Below are positions 35,721-42,078 of a stretch of DNA of 64,000 nt, in pieces (position 1 is the stretch's first letter; each line of letters opens with the position of its first letter). The notes under the pieces were generated by a model. The model saw only the letters and a program-made list of their open reading frames with translations, was not told where the DNA came from and made no database searches. The translations under genes and the position numbers were made by a program. Location of the stretch: positions 124,001-188,000 of the IMG/VR virus record IMGVR_UViG_3300018962_000001; one strand, written 5' to 3'.

Positions 35721-36359
35721 ATGATGGCATCCAACATGATTCAAGCGACGGTTGAGATCCAGGGAACGAAGCCACTGTTGTGGCACGCCTTTACGCCCGA
35801 CAGCATTCCGGCGGACGGCAAGAAGGAAAAGACCGGGGTGGCGGGTAACGATCCCCAGGAATGGCGGCGATCCTTCCTGGCGGATCACGAAGGCCGCTTG
35901 TTTGTGAACCCGGAATACATCTTCGGCTGCCTGCGCGATGGCGCGCGACACACCAAAAAAGGCCGTGGATCGATTATGTCGAATGTGGCGGCAACGCTTC
36001 AGATCGTGGACGAGCGGATCTACACCGATCGCTATTTCCCACGCAACGGCGCGACTGGCCCCTTTGATCCGGCATCGGCGGATCGCCCGCCGATCGAGAT
36101 CACCGAGCCGGTTTATCTCGACGTGCGATCGGTGAAGAACCCGTCCACGAAAGGTCGGAACGTCCGCTACCGGGTGGCGGCGAGTCCAGGGTGGCGGGCG
36201 AGCTTTACGATTCTGTGGGACAAAACCATTGTCAGCCGCACCGAGATGGAGGCGGTCATTACTGATGCGGGCCGACTCGTCGGGCTGGGTGATGGCCGAT
36301 CGATCGGCTTTGGTCGATTCATGGTGGTGCCAGGGTCCATCACGTTTACCGAGGTCTAG
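35721..36359 (+). CDS. Stand-alone RAMP / Cas7-like RNA-binding protein (Vipr-like)
   Basis: AAGGAG RBS; VEIQGTKPLL (beta1), LFVNPEYIFGCLRDGA (alpha1), C-terminal Gly-rich loop GLGDGRSIGFGRF, all RAMP hallmarks; no other cas genes. Confidence 0.85.
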   Translation: MMASNMIQATVEIQGTKPLLWHAFTPDSIPADGKKEKTGVAGNDPQEWRRSFLADHEGRLFVNPEYIFGCLRDGARHTKKGRGSIMSNVAATLQIVDERIYTDRYFPRNGATGPFDPASADRPPIEITEPVYLDVRSVKNPSTKGRNVRYRVAASPGWRASFTILWDKTIVSRTEMEAVITDAGRLVGLGDGRSIGFGRFMVVPGSITFTEV

Positions 36360-36369
36360 AGTCTTTCGA

Positions 36370-36427
36370 GGCGAGGCATGGTGAGGTGAGGTATGGGGTG
36401 GTTGGCGAGGTACGGCCTGGCAAGGAG
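36370..36427 (+). repeat. Pentamer tract (unit 5) forming the leader of the HNH gene
   Basis: GGCGA GGCAT GGTGA GGTGA GGTAT GGGGT GGTT GGCGA GGTAC GGCCT GGCAA GGAG. Confidence 0.85.
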
Positions 36428-36434
36428 TTTGAAC

Positions 36435-36752
36435 ATGGGCATGAAACGACAACCTCCGAAGATCTGGGAAGGAACCCGCAAACGAATATTCGAACGCGAT
36501 CGGGGGATCTGCCAATCTCCCCTGGCTCCACCCCTGTGTCAAGGGAAACGCGGCGAGTTAACGCTTGCCACGGCGCATATCGACCACCGGCGAAGCGGTC
36601 GGTTTGGCACGAATGCGGATAGCAACCTCCGGGTGCTCTGCCGCGCGTGCCACGTCCTCCGCGACGATCCGCGCCACCGAGGCATGATCGGCGGAGCCTT
36701 GCGCGACGGGATCATCCCTCCCCATTGGCGGGAGCTAACCTGGGGAGAGTAG
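36435..36752 (+). CDS. HNH endonuclease
   Basis: RKRIFERDRGICQ...C...AHIDH......GTN.DSNLRVLCRACH. Confidence 0.9.
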   Translation: MGMKRQPPKIWEGTRKRIFERDRGICQSPLAPPLCQGKRGELTLATAHIDHRRSGRFGTNADSNLRVLCRACHVLRDDPRHRGMIGGALRDGIIPPHWRELTWGE

Positions 36753-36974
36753 ATGGGTCGTCCAAGGCACAGAACGGGTGCCGTGCGCCAGCTGCCGTGG
36801 CGCAGAGTCGTCACGGCAGCACGTGATGGCGGAATCATGGGGGCGGTGCTGGGAGGGGTGTTCTTTGGCCCTTCTGGCGCGCTGGTGACCAGCTTAGTAG
36901 GAGCGGTGGCAGCGGCGGCGGTTCGCTGGTATCGAAGCGTCAAGGCGAGAGGTCGCATGGGAAGGCATGGATGA
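36753..36974 (+). CDS. Small glycine-zipper membrane protein
   Basis: GGAG RBS, starts at HNH stop; GGIMGAVLGGVFFGPSGALVTSLVGAVAAAAV followed by basic residues. Confidence 0.6.
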   Translation: MGRPRHRTGAVRQLPWRRVVTAARDGGIMGAVLGGVFFGPSGALVTSLVGAVAAAAVRWYRSVKARGRMGRHG

Positions 36975-37325
36975 TCGTGGATCGATCCCACTTCTCGGTT
37001 GGGCAAGCGAGGGTCTGGCAAGGACAGGCAAGGCTTGGCTCGGCAGGGTCGGGTTCGGCTGGGCAAGGATACTGGTGTTTCCAGTACCATCGATTGGGTG
37101 TGGCGGGGCGGTGGTAGGGTGGGGCTTGGCTTGGTCCGGCACGGCAGGGATGATGGTGTCTCCATTCCACCTCATGGTCGGGCGAGGAGGGGCGAGGCAG
37201 GGCTAGGCGGGGCAAGGTGAGGCCCGGCAAGGTTCGGCACCGATCCTCGTGTCATCGAGGCCACCACGGGGTATGCCGAGGCGTGGTAAGGTGAGGCTAG
37301 GCTGCGGTGAGGTCCGGCGAGACGG
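36943..37325 (+). repeat. Array 2: one degenerate plus four (GGY-NN)n units with single hairpins
   Basis: Tracts at 36997 (14), 37097 (10), 37176 (13), 37270 (about 11); hairpins TACTGG-TGTTT-CCAGTA, ATGG-TGTCT-CCAT, CCTCG-TGTCAT-CGAGG. Confidence 0.9.
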
Positions 37326-37327
37326 GG

Positions 37328-37358
37328 AACAGGACGGGTGCTGGTCACCCGTCCTGTT
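37328..37358. terminator. Strong hairpin between convergent array and tail chaperone gene
   Basis: AACAGGACGGGTG-CTGGT-CACCCGTCCTGTT, 13-bp perfect stem. Confidence 0.7.
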
Positions 37359-37830
37359 GATTCTCCGGTGCCTGGTCGGCGAACTCATCAACCTTGTTGG
37401 CACGTTTGTAGGCTTGCCAGAAGGCTGACTGCATCGGCGGCGGCGGCGGCGGGGCGAATGGATCTTGATAGACCTTCTCAAACGGCGGCAGCGCCTGCGG
37501 TTTCTTGCCACCGAACGCGGGTCCAAGGACGCGGGCCAGGGCGGTTTCGAGGGCCATAATCTGACTCATTTGCTGGTCCCAGCGATTCCGCGCGACCTGC
37601 TGGTACTCGCGATGGAGTCGCCGCCACCGCCAGCCCAGCACCTCCTCCAGGGGCAAATGCCGGGTTGCCACGATCTCGGTCACCATGTCGTCGATCAGGG
37701 TGCCAATGGCTCCTATGATGTCGAAGGCGAGTTGACCACCGTTGCGCCAGCTGGTGGTGGAGTCTTGGCCGGTTGTTGATTGCGCTTGCCCCACAGCTCC
37801 ACCGCTTGCCGGGCGAGCGTGAAGTTTCCC
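37345..37830 (-). CDS. Tail assembly chaperone, -1 frameshift extension (gpGT-like T part)
   Basis: Open in the -1 frame from slippery site 37830; LPLEEVLGWRWRRL resembles gpT-type motif. Confidence 0.8.
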   Translation of the reverse strand, partial: GKLHARPASGGAVGQAQSTTGQDSTTSWRNGGQLAFDIIGAIGTLIDDMVTEIVATRHLPLEEVLGWRWRRLHREYQQVARNRWDQQMSQIMALETALARVLGPAFGGKKPQALPPFEKVYQDPFAPPPPPPMQSAFWQAYKRANKVDEFADQAPENQQDG

Positions 37831-38378
37831 AGTGCCGCTGCCAAGTCTTCGGACTGCCGGATGCGCCAGGCCAGTGCCTTCACAATCGGCGCGACCTTTA
37901 CATCGTCCTCCGACAGCTGCCGGAAAAACAACTCCGCCTCTTTCTTCTGGTGATCCTTGCCACCGAACAACACGATCGCGGCAATCCGCAAAAAGTGTTG
38001 CACATTGATGGTTGCAAGCAAGGCGAAGATCGTGGCTTCAAATGGCTGCGCCGACTGGACCTTGCCGTTCACCAGCGCTGTAAACGCACTGCCCAGCTGC
38101 CCGGCGAGGTATTTTTCAGCCCGCAACGACACGTCCCCAATCACATTACACAGTGCCAAGATCGCGTGAATATCGGGTTCTCCGATCTCAAAGACTCGTC
38201 CGCCAAAGGTGACTCGATAGTCCACCACTTCCTCGACCACCGCCTCCGTAGGCCCGTCCTCGGCAGCTGGTGGAAACAAGGGTTCATCGGGCGCAGCGAT
38301 CGGTTCCGATCCCCAGAGCGATTGGTCGTTGGGCAAGGGAGCCTGGCCCCCCAGGTCGAAGCTATTGCCGTCTGCCAT
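37713..38378 (-). CDS. Tail assembly chaperone (gpG-like)
   Basis: Directly after major tail gene; acidic N-terminus; contains slippery site. Confidence 0.8.
   Translation of the reverse strand: MADGNSFDLGGQAPLPNDQSLWGSEPIAAPDEPLFPPAAEDGPTEAVVEEVVDYRVTFGGRVFEIGEPDIHAILALCNVIGDVSLRAEKYLAGQLGSAFTALVNGKVQSAQPFEATIFALLATINVQHFLRIAAIVLFGGKDHQKKEAELFFRQLSEDDVKVAPIVKALAWRIRQSEDLAAALGNFTLARQAVELWGKRNQQPAKTPPPAGATVVNSPSTS
37824..37830 (-). other. Programmed -1 ribosomal frameshift site G GGA AAC
   Basis: X XXY YYZ heptamer in frame with gpG ORF; -1 frame continues without stop to 37345. Confidence 0.85.
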
Positions 38379-38390
38379 AGCGAATCCTTC

Positions 38391-39056
38391 TTAGGTAAGC
38401 TCAAACAAGAGTCCGAAGTCCGAGCCGTCCGTGACGCCGGGATCGGGCAGGATGTTAAAGCTAAACTCGTTCGTGGTCGTGCCACGCGATTGAATTTGGA
38501 AGTCTCCGGCGGAGGCGATCCGCGCTTTCCGCAAGAAGAACATGCGAATCTTGCCGGTCACATCATTTTGCTGGAGCACCACCAGCGGGCGCTCGATCAA
38601 GGCAGATGGCGCACCAAGCCCTACCCGTCGCTGCGCAGCGTTGGCGGGCGTCCCGCTCGGGTTTGCGGAAATCGCGGTGATCGCGCCGAGTGCCCACAAC
38701 CATTTCATACGGTCGAGACTGGTATCCATACTGGTCCCGCCGAGCGTCATGGCAAAGTTATTCGGACGACCGCCGCGCAGCGGATAATCGCGTTGATCGA
38801 TATTGATGCCGTCTTGTATATCAAAGCTGCGACCGAGCGTAATTCCATCCTCACTGGTCGCCCCGAAGTCATGATAGCCATCTTCCAGGGCGTAGCTCGT
38901 CAGATTCAGGATGTCCTCAATGTAGCGCGGCACCGCCTGAGTCGGCACCGGCGTTTCCGGCGCGACCGCGGCATAAACGAGGCGTGCCCCGCCTTGCCAG
39001 ATGCGCGCATCTGCGCTGGCATCAATACTAATGGCACTAACCAGTTGCGTTGCCAT
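38391..39056 (-). CDS. Major tail (tube) protein
   Basis: RIWQGGARL...DFGATSEDGITL...FSFNIL tube-protein pattern and position. Confidence 0.85.
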   Translation of the reverse strand: MATQLVSAISIDASADARIWQGGARLVYAAVAPETPVPTQAVPRYIEDILNLTSYALEDGYHDFGATSEDGITLGRSFDIQDGINIDQRDYPLRGGRPNNFAMTLGGTSMDTSLDRMKWLWALGAITAISANPSGTPANAAQRRVGLGAPSALIERPLVVLQQNDVTGKIRMFFLRKARIASAGDFQIQSRGTTTNEFSFNILPDPGVTDGSDFGLLFELT

Positions 39057-39069
39057 CTACTCCCTCCTT

Positions 39070-39579
39070 CTAGTCCGTTGAGTCGGTGCCACTGGTCCGA
39101 CTTCCGCGACTTCCTGCACCAGTGGCACGGGGGGGAGTTCCAGGCGTGCTACCCGGTGTGGGATCGGCGGCGGTGCTCGTGTGGACCGTACCGGGTGCGT
39201 CCACACCGCCCTGCCCAACGCTTCCGCCGCCGCCGTGTGGCGTGGTTGCGCCCGTCGTCAGCGCGGCCCCCGACTGGAGATGCGCACTGATCTCCGCGGA
39301 GTAACGCTGCTCGGCAAGCCGCCGCTGTTTCGGCGACAACCCCCGCAGCGCTTCGTCCCGGCTGGGCGGCGGCGTCGCTTCCTTGATGTGAAATTTAAAG
39401 TCAGGATGCCCGCGGAGATACTCGGCCATGTCGCCATCCACCGGAACGGCGACACCCCGCGCAAAGGTCAGGTCATCGATCTCGACCGCATCGGCGTAAA
39501 AGTGTCGCCCGGCCACGAACTCAGCCAGGTAGCTTGTGGGCTGATCCTGGGTGGGCGCATCATCTTGCTGCTTTGGCAT
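39070..39579 (-). CDS. Hypothetical neck/tail-region protein with disordered C-terminus
   Basis: ATG 39579; TFARGVAVPVDGDMAEYL small domain; G/T/P-rich tail. Confidence 0.65.
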   Translation of the reverse strand: MPKQQDDAPTQDQPTSYLAEFVAGRHFYADAVEIDDLTFARGVAVPVDGDMAEYLRGHPDFKFHIKEATPPPSRDEALRGLSPKQRRLAEQRYSAEISAHLQSGAALTTGATTPHGGGGSVGQGGVDAPGTVHTSTAADPTPGSTPGTPPRATGAGSRGSRTSGTDSTD

Positions 39580-39583
39580 CGCA

Positions 39584-40093
39584 TTATCCCATCGTTCCCA
39601 GCGCATCGCGCGCCACCTGCCGCAAACGAGCGATCGTCTCGGCCTGCGTCCGCTGCCACGCGCGTTCAATAAATGGATTGGGCCGAGTACCGGGATGATT
39701 GACCTTCCGAAAGAAGTAGATCCCCCCGGTCCCAAACGGCGCATTCGGCCATTCAAACGCCAAGGCCCGGCCACGGCGCGATCGAATGACGTGAGGCGGT
39801 GATCCTTCCACGACCAGCGGGATCAGATCGGCATGCGGGCCTTCGGCAATGATTTGTGCTTGTGCCCGACCTGGCCCGAGCGAACGAATCCGATACGTGA
39901 TCGAATCGGCCATGTGCGGATCGGCCCGATTCGCCTCAGTTCGCACACCGCGCGGCGCTTCGGCACGCAGCGCCTCCACGACTCGCTCGGCTTCTTCCCG
40001 CAGCCGTTGGATCTGGGCACGCTCTAAACTGCTGGAATACCGGGCATAGCGACCTTGCGCATCGCGGAGTCCCGTCGTCGTCAGGGTAATCAT
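39584..40093 (-). CDS. HK97 gp10-like tail completion protein
   Basis: AEAP....HMADSI...VVEGSPPHVIR...ALAF...VNHPGTRPNPFIERA. Confidence 0.85.
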   Translation of the reverse strand: MITLTTTGLRDAQGRYARYSSSLERAQIQRLREEAERVVEALRAEAPRGVRTEANRADPHMADSITYRIRSLGPGRAQAQIIAEGPHADLIPLVVEGSPPHVIRSRRGRALAFEWPNAPFGTGGIYFFRKVNHPGTRPNPFIERAWQRTQAETIARLRQVARDALGTMG

Positions 40094-40623
40094 CGCGTGT
40101 ACCTCACTTGCAGGCCGATCGTGGTTGATCCTCCGGCGAGCAGGCCCAACTCCGCGCCAATGTTCGGGCCGGTGTCCGGGCGCAGGCTCGATGCTTGGCC
40201 TTCGTCCACCGGCGGCGTGATCGACATGATCTCGTAGGGCCAGCGTGGCTCTGCGGCGAGGATCGTTTCCAGCAGGGCTTCGCCATACCGCCAGCCCATC
40301 AGGGTTGCTTCTCGTACAGTTGGTCCCAGGACCTGCCATTCCACCAGCACGCTGTGGAGCGCCAGCGCAATCTTCTGACTTGTCTGGCCCGGTAGCGGCG
40401 ACCGAGGCGCAGCGATCACGGCTACGCGCGGAAAGTCGTCGATAAACAAATCCAGCACGTTCTCCCGAAAGCCGAACGTGATCTCGGCAGGCGGGGGGAG
40501 CACAATCGGCTCACGGGCTGCCCAGCGCGTTTGCACCGTGCTCAGCCAGGTAGGCAGATCCGCGCGAATGGCCTCCTCGACGGCCCGCGCCACATACTCG
40601 GTTTGCAGCGCTGGTGTTGCCAC
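40090..40623 (-). CDS. Putative tail terminator protein
   Basis: Position, size, FPRVAVI motif. Confidence 0.65.
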   Translation of the reverse strand: MATPALQTEYVARAVEEAIRADLPTWLSTVQTRWAAREPIVLPPPAEITFGFRENVLDLFIDDFPRVAVIAAPRSPLPGQTSQKIALALHSVLVEWQVLGPTVREATLMGWRYGEALLETILAAEPRWPYEIMSITPPVDEGQASSLRPDTGPNIGAELGLLAGGSTTIGLQVRYTR

Positions 40624-40994
40624 TAGCTCGGTCCTCCTCGATTCCGGCGAAGATGAATGTCCAGGCGATACACGATCCCCATCCCACCCTCGTCGTTGAT
40701 TCGCCGGATACCATATTCGCCTTCTGTGACCATCCGATCATGCACAACCGTTGCTTTATCAGCGGTCGTGACCACGGGAATCCCGGTGGGAACGAGCGCT
40801 GCCGGAACGTACACCAAGAAATCCACATCATCATGATCGGGATCAGTCTGAATCACCGCCGCGAGATCCTGCCACTCCGGAATAGGCACCCAGGTTCGCG
40901 TTTCGTGAACAAAGCGCCAGATCGTGACCGTTCCATTAAACGCTTCGAGGTCTTGGAGCAGGCCGAGGGCATCCTCATCCGAAATCAGGCCCAT
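40623..40994 (-). CDS. Putative head closure (stopper) protein
   Basis: Position, all-beta 123 aa, VTIWR...EYGIRRI. Confidence 0.6.
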   Translation of the reverse strand: MGLISDEDALGLLQDLEAFNGTVTIWRFVHETRTWVPIPEWQDLAAVIQTDPDHDDVDFLVYVPAALVPTGIPVVTTADKATVVHDRMVTEGEYGIRRINDEGGMGIVYRLDIHLRRNRGGPS

Positions 40995-41482
40995 TCATCC
41001 TCCCGGACACCACCCAATGGGATCGGCGTCACGGACGCTTGGCGTCCGGCAACATGGTTGAGATGGATTAACGCCAGTTCCCAGGAGGCATCGGCTTCCA
41101 CGATCAGGCCGCGCTGCTGCATGGCAACCGCTGCCCCATACACTTTGTTATCCAGCAGATCCTTAAGATGGGCGAAGGTTTGGGATCGGGCCTTGCTCAT
41201 CGCCAGCCCACCGCCCATTTGGACATTCACCTGCGGCACGGCCTTCCGAAGAAAGCGCAGCAGCGCGAAATAGGTCGCCGCCCACTGCACGTCATCCACC
41301 GAGCTATAGTGCAGGCCGGGGATTAACTCAGCAGGCGGCGGATGAATTCCACTAAACAACCGCAGGGTTGCGTCGAGGACGGGCTTATAGCCATCGGGAT
41401 CGTCGCGATCCGACAGCTTAAGTTCAGCAGTGACCGCTGAAAACTCATTCCGTAGCCAACTCAGCAATTCCCCACGTAGCAT
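40985..41482 (-). CDS. Putative head-tail adaptor
   Basis: Helical 165 aa, position after capsid; SKARSQTFAHL motif. Confidence 0.6.
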   Translation of the reverse strand: MLRGELLSWLRNEFSAVTAELKLSDRDDPDGYKPVLDATLRLFSGIHPPPAELIPGLHYSSVDDVQWAATYFALLRFLRKAVPQVNVQMGGGLAMSKARSQTFAHLKDLLDNKVYGAAVAMQQRGLIVEADASWELALIHLNHVAGRQASVTPIPLGGVREDEWA

Positions 41483-42036
41483 TAGCGCCTCTGCTGCTTG
41501 GTCGCGATCGGGACGCCATCGGCGTCCACTTCCACGCCACCGACGATATAGACCGGGCCGCCAGGTCCAGCCTGGTCTAAGCCCAGCCCGGCCAGTTCCG
41601 CAGCGGCACTCGCCGCCTGGGCGGATCGCAGGATTGCCTCACTAATCACGATCTGGCCGCCGCCGTGGGCCGCCGCCGCCGCCGACTGGGCTGCCTGAAC
41701 ATCCTGCGCCAACGTCCGTTCGCGCTGCGTTTGCTGCTGGATCGAGACCTGCGTGGTCGCCTGGGCTGCTTCCTCCGCGCGCGGCGCGCGCACTTCGCCC
41801 GTCGTTAGCTCTTTGCCATCCGGCGGATTCTGCGCCAAGGTGTCTGCGAGCGCCTGCTCCCGCGCCAAGCGTTCTTTTGTCGCCGCACGTAGCTCCTCGC
41901 GCCGGGCTTCCTGCTGCTCCTGTTCCTGGCGGGCTTGGGCCTCGGCGACCTCTTTCGTGGTCTGATCCGCGACCTTCGTGGCTTCCCGGTCCAGTGCCGC
42001 ATCCCGCTTGGCCTGCTCGTCTTTCTTCTCAGCCAT
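41482..42036 (-). CDS. Hypothetical Ala/Gln/Glu-rich protein after major capsid
   Basis: AAGGA RBS; coiled coil; C-terminal GGPVYIVGGVEVDADG. Confidence 0.7.
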   Translation of the reverse strand: MAEKKDEQAKRDAALDREATKVADQTTKEVAEAQARQEQEQQEARREELRAATKERLAREQALADTLAQNPPDGKELTTGEVRAPRAEEAAQATTQVSIQQQTQRERTLAQDVQAAQSAAAAAHGGGQIVISEAILRSAQAASAAAELAGLGLDQAGPGGPVYIVGGVEVDADGVPIATKQQRR

Positions 42037-42078
42037 GATCGGTTCCTTTATGCCGTGCGCCCGGAGGCGCGATTCGGC

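Noticed and set aside
35256-35775. Several overlapping ORFs across the pentamer array (also the N-terminal extension 35592-35720 and ORFs in 36539-37559)
   Set aside because: Their PSLA/ARQG-type translations are artefacts of period-5 GC-rich repeats. There are no RBSs, and the covarying hairpins point to RNA function.
35310-37325. Classical CRISPR array or simple microsatellite
   Set aside because: No identical 23-50 nt direct repeats with unique spacers and no cas1/2. Variation is confined to fixed pentamer positions and units end in conserved structures, unlike slippage satellites.
35310-37325. G-quadruplex as the sole explanation of GG runs
   Set aside because: Two-tier G4 formation is possible, but it does not explain the strict 5-nt period, pyrimidine bias, unit hairpins or linkage to a RAMP gene.
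37773-39290. 505-aa plus-strand ORF and many other long antisense ORFs in the structural operon
   Set aside because: GC-rich shadow frames of recognisable - strand genes.
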